64,000 nt of DNA from Callorhinchus milii (taxonomy: Eukaryota). Positions 12,521 through 24,000 of this stretch are shown here, one piece after another (positions within the stretch are counted from its first letter, which is position 1; each line of letters begins with the position of its first letter). The stretch spans positions 53,196,001 to 53,260,000 of the forward strand of contig NW_024704745.1 in NCBI RefSeq assembly GCF_018977255.1, given 5' to 3'. Position numbers and translations under genes: made by a program. The notes under the pieces are model-generated. The model saw nothing but the letters and a program-made list of their open reading frames with translations, did no database searches and was not told where the DNA came from.

Positions 12521-15500
12521 AACCAAAAGATGGCCGATGATAATTGAGGAAAGTAAGACTCTAACCTCTGGAACTTTCTTCTTCAATCTCTCATCTCAAC
12601 CCTCTCTATCTATCTTCAAATACCGCCTCAAACCCTACCCTTTAACTATGCCAATGGTCACCTCCTTCTCCCTCTCCATTTCCCCTATGCTTCAAGATAT
12701 TCTACATGAAAAGCGCTATGTAAATGCAAATTATTGTTTAAATACCAGAATTTGGACCTTGCAGTTTCAGTTCTGAAGTATCTTTTATTTAATAGACTAG
12801 ACATGTTGTGTTGTATTACTTCGGGAAGAAGGGTTACACCCGAGTCCATGTTAATCAACATTTATTTTGTACGACTTTTTTTATTCATGAGCACAGGATA
12901 CAAAACAGGTGCAGAATTTGCACACGCAATTGCGATACTGTTTATTCCAGCCAGCATTTCCTTTGTGCAGCATTTGAGTGCATTCAGTGGCATTGACTTC
13001 TCTCAGTGCCTCACAGAGTATGGGCTCCACCCATCTGTTCATTGTTAACATGGTTGTTTTGACGTCTGGACTTCCTCTGCGAAAATCTCTCATTTTCTTT
13101 CTGAATCTTTGATTCTGGAGCATTGGCAACAGTAACCTCTGTCTCCTCATACAGAAGCAGGCCACAACAATTTCACACGCAGAAAATACAGAGATAGGAC
13201 AGAGGTTTTCCCTTGATTGGCTTCTGACGCTGCCCTTGTAAAGAGGGCATTGTTCTGTACGAAGGGCACACTTTCAATGCAAGTTGTTTAGAAACGCAGC
13301 AGTAATTGTAGATGCGCAGTGTTAATTTTCATTGACAGTTCTGGCACTGCAGTACCATGAAATGAAGTTGACACAACCTCATGTGGAATTGAGAACAGAA
13401 TGTGCACGAACGTCCCTCACAATTCCCTCCATGAGGTTCTCTTGTGGATCAGGAGTGATAGATTAATGGTCTTTGCCTGTTCCTATGTTGGGCCATATGC
13501 CCTGTTTCCATGCTGTATCATTCAGTGGAATTCAATATCATTTAATGTTCTGAAGTAATCTGTTGAAAATATAACTGCCCAGATTTTCCAGGAGTTTCAA
13601 AAAGGTTTTTATTCTCATTTTAAATCACACATTCCTTGGACAACATGATCCTAGCAAAGCCCTCTAAATGGGGCCTGTTTCAGGTGTATTTCCATATTAC
13701 CAAATAAACAATGTATTCCATTGCTATCTATTCTATAAGGCCTCACCACCATTTTCTTTTTCCACTCTGGAAATCACACTCTCAGTACTAACACGTGCTC
13801 TCTAACTTCCAACTCATTCTGCTCAGACATCACTTGCCCAGATATCAGTTCCTCAATCCATATATGCTCCATAATTAACTCATTTAAACACCCTTGTTCC
13901 TATTAAATCTTGGATGGTATCTCAGCTCTACCTTTCCCTTGGTACAAACTAATCTCTGACAGCCATGAATTTGAGTGCATGTGATTTCTTGATGGTTAGA
14001 TTCGTCTTGATGACCTCAAAGAGAATCACCTCACTGACAAATCTTTCTGTTACTCCTAAACCATTCTGAAGGGTAAGGATAACCCAAATATATTTTCGAA
14101 CATTTTGTTTTAAATTGAGTCTTTTCGCAGTACTTAAAAAGACCCAGCTTCAAAGTTATGACTGGATTTAACGATTTATAATAAAAAATAATAATAATAA
14201 CAATGATCATAAATTCTGTACCTTTCACATTGGGAGGACGTTTCAAAGTACTTCACAGTTAAATGTAATGACTATATATTTTTGTAGGCCTGAACACAGC
14301 AGCCAATTTTTACACAGGAACAACAACAAAGTCACATTTATATAGCTCCTTTCACGTAGGGAGCACCTCCCAAGGTGATGCAGCAATGTCCTACAGACAA
14401 CCCTGAAGTGAATGATCAATTGTATTTGGAGGATTGTTGGCTAGAAGCCCACAGAGGTTAATTTGAACCAAGGGAATGTCAGTACCAGGAGACAAGATGT
14501 TGTAGGAACAAGGGCTTTGGCCAGTGAAATTTTCCACAGTTCTGTACGATTTTACAAAATGGCCTGACAGCCTACGACTAGGTAGAATTTCAGACCTTCT
14601 GTTCCATAGCAAGTCCTCCTAATTCTCCAAATACAAGGCACCGTTCATCTACGGTCTGTAAAATTCTCACCAGCATCCTCAAGAACATAGGCCATCCTTT
14701 TCCACGATTGCTACCCAGATAGACTAAAAAAAGACATTGCAAGGGCATCGTGCAAATAATGTACTGATCCTAAATTGCTTTTTCCTCACACAGCTCAGGC
14801 CTTCTACATACAGCTTCCATCTGTGGCCCAGATGTATTGTGAGTTAATAGTGGAAAATGACATAAGTGCTAAAGTTATATGCAAATTTTGCTTGCAATTA
14901 TTAATAAGCTAGTAAAATATCTGGGAGAACTTTCATCTTCACAATGGAATCAGAGCGTTATACATACAATAGGATGTTTAAATTAAGAGCTCAGTTGCAG
15001 ACAAGAATGATAGGGCCAGGTGCCTCACCAAGTGAGTCGAGGCACACACAGTCATTTAAATGATGTTTTCGATTATTTCCTCTCCAGTTTTCTCCCCTCC
15101 TCTCATGTTGAAGCTTACTTTTGCTGGGCTTTGGTTTCTTAAGCAAAATATTCAGCAAGTGGGCCTGCTCCTGATCTCTGCTGAAAGTTGTGTGTGTGCA
15201 AGATACCATCAACAAAAGCAATTTGTATTAATATTATGCCCTTAACTCGATGAGCTTAACAATGGCCTAATTTGACACCGAGCTGGGGAGAAACGGAAAG
15301 ACTGAGGTCTAACTGCTGATGGTGGGGTGTCACTATATAAATGCAAATTGGTTTTGTACATGCAAAATGCGGTTATAATGGAGGATTTTTAACTTGGGGA
15401 GGAATAACAGCACAAATAGAAAATAAATTAAATTTTGTACATGCATTTAGTTTAGGTTTCTCTTTAACACTATGCTTAAATAGGAACAAATCTCGATTTA

Positions 15501-15774
15501 GTTAAAAGCAATAAAGCCAGTAATTTAGCAATTTACTGCACAGCTTGAAATAGTAATAATAACTATCCTTGAATTTGAGATAATGCCTTGGCACGTTATT
15601 GAGACGTCACAAAGCGCTTCACAGAATGTATTGTAAAGTGGGGTGAGTGTATATTTTAGGGGCAAATGCCAAAAAAAAGGTCTAAATTTTAGCCCGAGGT
15701 AGGACTCTTGCCCTCCTCATCCTCCACAGGGGATAGTTGTATTTTGGAAGATGTCTATGAAATTTTGAAGATGT

Positions 15775-16094
15775 GGAGTCCTGTAGCTCAGTGGTTAGAG
15801 CGCTCACCTCTCAAGTGAGAGACCTGGGTTTGATTCCCGGCAGGCGAAACCTTGGGCAAGTTTCTTAACTCCACACCCTTAATAATAATCCCTCAAGAAA
15901 AAGAACAATAATAAATTGGTCACTTCAATCCACAACTGTTTGTGGGACATTGCGGTGCGCAAATTGGCTGCCGCGTCTCCCCCACAAATATACAGTCAAT
16001 TCACTTTACAGTCTGTTCTGTGAAGCGCTTTGAGACGTCCAGAAGACGTGAAAAGCGTTATAGCAAATGCAAGGATTATTATTATTATTATTAT
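15775..16094 (+). mobile_element. Full-length tRNA-derived SINE (about 320 bp)
   Basis: A box TAGCTCAGTGG, B-box-like GGTTTGATTCC, conserved body, L2-like 3' stem-loop, (ATT)n tail. Confidence 0.92.
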
Positions 16095-16262
16095 AGATGT
16101 TCAGATCCTCCGGGTGTAGATGGCGCCATAGAGAAATGATGGCACAAGTTCTCAGGAGCTTGGTCTGGTCTGGTCTGGCCTGGGCTGGTCTGGCTCATTC
16201 TTCCTGGGTATCGTTGGTGACTGTGACCAGCTGTTCTGTAGCCGCCTGTCAGGTGCAGCAGA
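16095..16262 (+). promoter_or_regulatory. Candidate promoter / non-coding first exon of KHK
   Basis: The KHK ATG exon begins with a splice acceptor, so an upstream exon is expected. This unique segment has a YY1-like AGATGGCG, a few CpGs and a consensus donor GA|gtgagt at 16262/16263. Confidence 0.4.
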
Positions 16263-17921
16263 GTGAGTCTGTCGCCCTGTTATGCTCTTTCTCCTTAGTG
16301 GTGTTTATCATCTTTTGATGTGTTTTATTTTAAACCTTCTGTTCTCTCACTCTCTTCCTGTGCTGTACATTCCCAAAAACACACTTGCCTTGACTCCCTG
16401 TCCTTCTACCTGTTCTGAGCGTCCACGTCCCTGACTGTGCAGCGCCTGGGGACGTCCTCCCCACGTGAAGGGAGTTACACAAATGTCATTTTGTTGTTGT
16501 ACAGAGTCGTCTCCGCCTGTCGACTGTTAGGAGCTGACATACAACAACAACAACAAAATTACATTATAGATCGCCTTTCACAATCGGGAGGACATAACCT
16601 GACAGGAAGCCCATTCAAATATGTGGTTGTCCCTTTATTTTCAAGAACGACTCGCAAAGTATTCTTAAATCGACAGCAGTGAATGATCTGGAGTGTTTTT
16701 TTTTGTCAAGATTATTCGGGGTTAAACAACGCTCTTAACTCCCACATTCTTGCAGCTACATGATGTTTCACTAAAACATTTCATTTCTTCTGAATATTTT
16801 TCCCTTAGCAGTTCTGTGTTAATTTTGTTTAAAACAATACCATTCTGATCGATTTGAAATACTGAAATATCTTTTAACCATTTTGTTAATAATATCAGGG
16901 TTTCTCACTGAGGCAGACTGTTCAGGAGTTAAATGTTTTAAATTGATTTTTTCTCTTTCGTTCTGTAGGAGTTTTGCAATGTCTCAGTTTGTAAATATGC
17001 TGTTGGGGTTAAGCGACCTTCCAGTAACAATATTAAACATTCCAAATATAGATTTGTGTCTGTGAGAAAGTTCAGCAGAACAGTTTAAAAGGACATGTTT
17101 GTTAAATTGTGACAACAGCAAAACTAACCAGTATTTCTGCTGTTACACAAACACCAAGAAAGATTTCTGTACAATCAATATCATTAGCAAGAGCTTTATT
17201 CAACACTGACATGTTTTCACCTTTCCCTTTATACAGAAAGGACTGCTTGTGCTAATCTTTAAGTCTAGGCCTCCATGGACAATTAACATGTGACATTGGT
17301 CACTCAATTCACGACTGTTTGTGGGACACTGCCGTATGCAATTGGTTGCCACGTCTCACCCACAAAATATGCAGTTAATTCTAAGTGCTTTGAGACATTT
17401 CGAAGACGTGAAATGATTATTATCATTAAAAGAGCAGAGTCCTCTGGGGAAGAGTTAACTTTCCAAGTACACTCAATCTATTTAACAAAGTACGTTTTAG
17501 GTAGCGAAATGATGTCCTCTCTGACATGCTTGTACCCAACTCTCCTGCACACCCTCTTTGCTCAGCTGGCGCAGGGCTTCTGCATGTCCCTTGATCCCTC
17601 CACGTCCTTCTGAGTCAGAGTGTACACAGTAAAATCCTGTGAACTGCTCTGAGACCTCTCGATGTGATAAGGCGCTGTATCAAATGCAAGGAATATTATT
17701 ACATCATCCTTTGCTTAAAACCGAATAAAAAGGTTTGCAGACATGCTTGACATGAAGGCCGTGAAGGCCATCTAAACTGTGAAATTTATATGATTAATAT
17801 TGAGCCTGTGACACAGTGACCTGCGTGTATCCATGTGTCAGCTCCTTGAAGCTTCTTGACTCTAATAAAGTACTAATCCAGAAAGCTGATTACAGCAATG
17901 TCCAATTCATGTTGTTACAGG

Positions 17922-18019
17922 ATGGCAACACAAGAGAGGAAGATCCTCTGTGTTGGGCTGGTCTGTCTGGATATTATTAACGTAGTTGATTGCTTTCCAG
18001 TTGAAGACACAGATACGAG
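17922..18019 (+). CDS. KHK: KHK first coding exon ([33 protein letters not shown])
   Basis: ATG at 17922, one base after the acceptor ttgttacag (17920); donor AG|gtaaat at 18019/18020. Confidence 0.95.
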
Positions 18020-21000
18020 GTAAATAAATATTGTCTCTGATTACCATCTGGAGCTCTGATGCCATCCACTCTTTGGAACTTAGTCTACTGTTGATTCACG
18101 CATCCAGCAATCAGTTGTCAAGCCTTAAACCAATGTTCCTGCTCTGGAATTCTCTCTCAAAATCCTACGCCTTGCGCCTTCTCTCCTTACCTTAAAATTA
18201 TTTGAAAAGCATATCTCTTTAACTCTCTCTTAGGGCAACACCAACAAACTTTCCTCCTTTCTTGTCTGCTCATTGATCCCCAGCATCTTTGTGAAGTGCT
18301 TCACAATCCTATGTGAAGGTGCTTTGAGCAAGTTGTTGGTATCAGCAACAAGGTATTTAGCTTGATTTGTGGAGTCCTGCACTCACCTCGCAAGTGAGAG
18401 ACCTGGGTTCGTTTCCCGGCAGGGCGAAATCTTGGGCAAGTTTCCTTTCTCCACACGCCTGTTAATAATCCGTCAAGAAAAAAATAATAAATTGTTCACT
18501 TCAATCCACAACTGTTTGTGGGACACTGCTCTGCAATTGGCTGCTGCATTTCGCCCACAAATATACAGTCAATTCACTTTACCATCTATTCTGTGAAGCG
18601 CTTGAGTTCTCTAGAAGACGTGAAAAGCAGTATATCAAATGCAAGGATTATTATTATTATGATTTTGGCAGTGAATCACACCGTCCTCCATATACTTTGA
18701 AATACAATACCTCTGAGGACCTCCATATTACTTGATTAGCTCCGCTATAATGCACTTCACAAGAGTGTAAATTTGCTTGCATCGTGGAACTTGTTCATTG
18801 TGCATAAGTGTAGCTGGCCAGTTGATTCCCACATGCTGGCAGTCTGACCAGATTAATGGACAGCTTGAGTGTGACTTCTAAGAATCTGAACTCAACTGAT
18901 ATGCAAAATAGCCCAGCATCCTTTTTGCCTTGTTTATTGATGCCTCACATTGTTTTGACATGATGAGCAATGACCCAACTACCATACTTCGGTTTCTTTC
19001 AGCATCCCGTTACCAAGTCCTGTGGGGAATAAGAGCATTTCTTCACACAGACAATCTTGAAGAAGGACTGTGGAACATAAAGCAAATGCTTGGTGTTTAG
19101 ACAAGTTTAAACAAGCAGTCTTGTAATCCGCCCGGGACAAGATTTTGAACTTAAGAGAGTGCTAACATACAGGATTTCGAAAATGAAGCTTCTGTTCAGG
19201 AGTTCAAAAACAAAAGAAAACTTTTCCACTGCATAATCATAATATAATAATAATCCTTCCGTTTGATATAGTGCCTCATCACATTGTTGAGACATCTTAA
19301 AGCGCTTCACAGGATATTCTGTACTGTGTATTTTGTGGGCGAAATGTGGAAGCCAGTTGCACACAGCAATGTCCCACAAACAGCCATGGAATGAGTAACC
19401 AATTTTATTTGGGGGATTGTAATACTGAATATCTTAAATGCTCTTATATTGATTTATTTTATAACTCACCCAATACAGACACTGGTTCTGTAGCTGTTGG
19501 TTTTTTAAATGGTGTGTACCAGCTTTCCTCTGCCTAAATTTAAAGTTCACAACGATGTTTGTTTCTTGAAAGTCCCTGAAACTTCTCCATTTGATTGGAT
19601 TTTTCTCTTGTATTAGATGTTTGTCCCAGAGGTGGCAGCGAGGTGGAAATGCCTCCAATTCCTGTACAGTACTTGCACTGCTCGGCACTCCATGTGCTTT
19701 CATGGGCTCGCTGGCACCTGGACGAGTTGCAGAGTAAGTTTAAAGCATAATTGTTATCTCCACATCCCTCCCCTTATCCTGCCAATGGCCTTGCTCCTCA
19801 ACACAACCGGATGTGTCTCTAATGCCCTTTTCTGTGAATTTTGCTCAGTGACTAATGTGTATTGTTTTGGTTGGCTTGTTGACAATGATATATCATTTAA
19901 ACTGGGTAACATTCAGAGCAATCAATCCTGTGTTAATCCCTAAACGTTGACCATTGGTAACTTCAATATCAATGCCCCTTGCGAGCGGCTAATATGTACT
20001 TAACATTAGGTCACAAGGAAGGTGCAATAAGATGAGTATTTTGCCCGAAAAGTTAAGCGCTCTTAGACCCTACCCTGCATTGATGACGCAAGTGCAAGTT
20101 GTTGCTGGATTGTCTGGTGCCCTTTACTTAACACTTAACAAAATGGATTTATTAATTATCTAATAGACAACTCATCTTTTTCATTGTGTGTTAATTATTT
20201 CATAGAGGGCATCTATCATTCCCTCTGTACACATGGTTCTCATAATACAACTGTGTTTGCACATGATTTACAGATGGCGGATAAGAGGCCCATTGTCACC
20301 AATCATGGATATCTGAAATAAGTCCAAACCTAAAATGCACATGACAACTCACCCATACAAGAGAAATGGGGAGCAATCGGGTTAAACCATGTCCATCCAT
20401 TTTAATACTTGTAATACTATAGTAAAAAGTCAACCACCAAAGAAAAAGACAAAGCTCTGTCCTCCCCTCCTCAGAGTAAGCTCAGTAAAAGGTTTGGCAC
20501 AAGCACCCAGGATATTCCATACTGCAAGCCATTTTTCAGAACCCAGCAGATATATAATCCATACATTAACAAATAACCTATGGATTGCAGCACAGAAATA
20601 GGACTCTCGGCTCAACCTTTCCCTGCTGGTGTAAATGTTTCCACATGAGCCTCCACCCATTCCTTCCTCCCTATCCTTCTCCGCTCCCTCATGTCTAGCT
20701 TCCTCGGGAATGCACTACTTTATAGTTCAAAAGTAATCTGTGTACAAACAGTGAAATATTGCAATGCAGTGTAGATTTGCAATAAATAAAACGATGAAGG
20801 CATGTCATCTCAATGAGCTGAATGGCCTGCTCCTGTTTCGACATCTTAATTTGTTTTGCATTAAATATTGGCAAGTATGTCAGTGGCTTCCTTTCCTAAT
20901 TATAGATTAACTTCATTATATTTATTATCCTTATTTGCTATATTTTCATTACTTTTTATTGGTTTCTTGCACCCTCTTTCTCTCTCTCTTTCTCAGATAT

Positions 21001-24000
21001 CATTATTTAATTCTCCTACACTCCCCACCACCCCCACCTCTCCTATATACATTCAGTTCTGTTGGAACATTCTCTTCCCAAATAACAGCAGCCCAAATAG
21101 ATGTCCATAATCTGTGCAGCAAGAGAATTGAAGGATAAGATTTTGTGTGGCAACAAAGAGTATGGTGATGAGAAATAGTCCAGTTGAAAGCCAAAGGGAA
21201 AGGAGATGTAGAGATGAAAAGCTGGGCTACTGAACTCAGGTAAACTTTGACAATGAGACAAACTTTCTCCAAGATAATTGTGCAATGCACTGTATTCCCA
21301 ATATTTCAAAACTTTCTATTTGGAACAGAGAGGTGGGTATTAAAGATTAGAAATAGAACAACGGCTTTTGAACAGTGGTTAGTGTTCAGCAACAGCTAAC
21401 AGTTAGTGTTGGCTCCTTAAAGGACCCTGGTCATCTATACACACACACACACACAAATAATTTAAATTTTCAGGAGTGTATGGGGAGAATCACCGAGGTA
21501 AGGATCTCCTATTTTGGTTATATGAGACAAAGTACAACAACAACAACAACAACAAAATTACATTTATAGAGCGCCTTTCACTTGGGGACGATGTCCCAAA
21601 GCGCACTCCAAAGTAGTGGAGAGCTTGCTCACACCATATGGCCTGGAGAACGCATTGACAAGTGGGAATTATAATTTAGCAACATCAAAAAAGTGAAATG
21701 TAGGAATGATTTCGACCTAAAGATTTCAACCCCACAAACAAATAACTGGCACAAATTAATCGGGAATTGCCCATCTTGAATCCTTCTTAATGGGTTGGGT
21801 TAATGTATGAACGACTGCTCTTGTTGTGACAGTTTGAAAATAGAAGACATGTTGGGACAGAGAGATGGGTGGGGAGCAGTCTTCCAGTTAGACAGATACT
21901 TCTCTGCCCTCTAACCATATGCCCTCATTTCCAACCTCAGCTCCAAATATGCTTCCTACGTGCTTTTCCCTGGGTCCTCACCATGTTGAAGTGAAAACTC
22001 TTTGCACAAGCTTTGACTCTATTCTATCTTCAAGACTGGATCTCCTTACTTCCTTTATCTTCTCTTCCTCCTACAATCTACAAACGTTTAAGTCTCAACC
22101 TTGGCAGGAAGCAGCACACAGACACTTCTTAATTTCTCTCATCCTCTCTCCTACTATTTTGAACCTTGTGTTGTCTTGTGCTATAGCTCTTGGCTCTTTG
22201 TCTCCATTTACCAATTTTAAGAACGGATTAATTTATGCCGGTATCTGCAAATGTCAAACCTGTATGATGCAAACCTAAGTTTGTTTTCACTGTTCAATAA
22301 TCGATGGATAATCTTGGGTATTTTCAAAGATATTGGGTAATTTTGTGAGAAAGATGAAGAATGTTGATGCTGGAAAAAGGAACCATGTTTTCACTTGCTG
22401 TGCTCAGTGGGAAGAAGAAAGTGGTATTCCTAGATCTTAAAGTGCTCTACTTCACCGCTTAAATCTCAGATTGAAACTCTTCAGTCCTTTGCTTCCCCCT
22501 CTTTAACTTTTACTCCTGATGTCAAGTTGCTCACCAGTAATGGCCATTATTCACCCTGCACACTCAATGTTAGCAGGGTTTTCCCGTATGAAGGATATCA
22601 CAGCCGAATTATATTCTGGACCCTGACATTAACAGAATATTCCAATGGGAAAAGGAGGGATATCAGTCAAAGTGGTACACAAACGATAGGACCCACGACA
22701 AATACCATGATATGATACTATTGGAGCTGACAGTATCAGAACAGGAACAATTGTGGTTTCAGTTAAGGAGTCAGAAGATCAATCATGTGAATACATCTCA
22801 CTGGCCTGTATTGGGACAGGATGATGTGTGTTTGTGTGGTGGGGGGGTTGTTGGGTAAGGAAGGAGTCCATGTTTGTTAAGGACAGAAATAATTTGACGT
22901 GGGGCAGGTGCAGAACTAACAACTAACAATACCCCACATGGCTCAACTCAATTTGGTGGGTCAGAGGATCAATCAGGAGAGGGCAAAGAAGAGAGAACCA
23001 TTCAGAAGTTCAAAGGGCCCATTGTCAGCCCACTCTATAAACAGCTAACACATGACCAAGGGGAACCAGAGCTGCAACATGTTGATCAGAAATTAAAAAT
23101 GATTAGTAAAATATTGAGATTTTCTTGAAATCCAATTAATCTAGTCTGGGATATGTGTGAACCAAAATCCACTGGGAGAAAGGAAGAATTGAAGTTTGAC
23201 CCCCACTAGCCCTGACTGAAAGTTGGCCTCTTTGATATATTGTGAAGTTCCTGTGCGCAGGTTTGCAAAACAGATCAGGTCATCCTTTCCATTTAAAGAG
23301 ACATGAACTGCAATTGTGGCATTCGATGAAAGGCTAATTTGGAGGAAAGAATTTCCTGTTTGAAGCACTTCCTGCAGAACCTTACAGATGTTGTAAAAGC
23401 ACTCGCTCTCTCCTTCTGGAAACCTTTCCTCAGGACAGGAGGCGTTCTCGACAACAAATTCCTGTTGTAGAAGTGAAATGCCAGACACAGACATTGCTTC
23501 ATTGCTTGTTCTGGCAAGAGGCCTTGCAGCTCATTGATTTAAATTCAGTTTCCCTTTTAATGAAAATCCTAACATTTTTATCTTATTTGTCTGGAAGTCC
23601 ATCCTCCTCCATCTTTTATTGCATTTAAATCCGCATTATTATGGCTGGACTTCCTGTAAGTCTAGTCTAGGAATGTGGGATTCTCCATGTGTTTCATTCA
23701 TGTTTAATCAATTACTTTTATTTATCCTTCATCCCCTGCACCCCCCCACCCTGTTCTCTCCTTCACCACCCCGATATGCTACCAAGAGAACCTTCATAGT
23801 TCTGTGCTTCAGTGGTTCAAATTCTACCTCTCACACTATCTGCACTTCATCTCCACAAACAGTTTCTCCTCTAGCCCCCGCACCATCTCATGCAGCATTC
23901 CTTGGGGCTGTGTCCTTGGTCCCCTCCTCTTCAATAGCTACATGCTCCCTCTTGGTGACATCATCCGCAGACCTCCACATGTATGCGGATGTCACCCTAA

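Noticed and set aside
12734-13165. Overlapping ORFs as upstream exons of the unknown gene
   Set aside because: No convincing splice sites or phase link to exon A.
14521-14672. Possible MITE (imperfect inverted ends GTGAAATTTT.CACAG / CTGTAAAATTCTCAC)
   Set aside because: Too degenerate, no TSD, single copy in the window.
23141-23517. 117-aa minus-strand ORF in KHK intron 2 as a nested gene
   Set aside because: No recognisable homology, splice context or partner exons; length compatible with chance.
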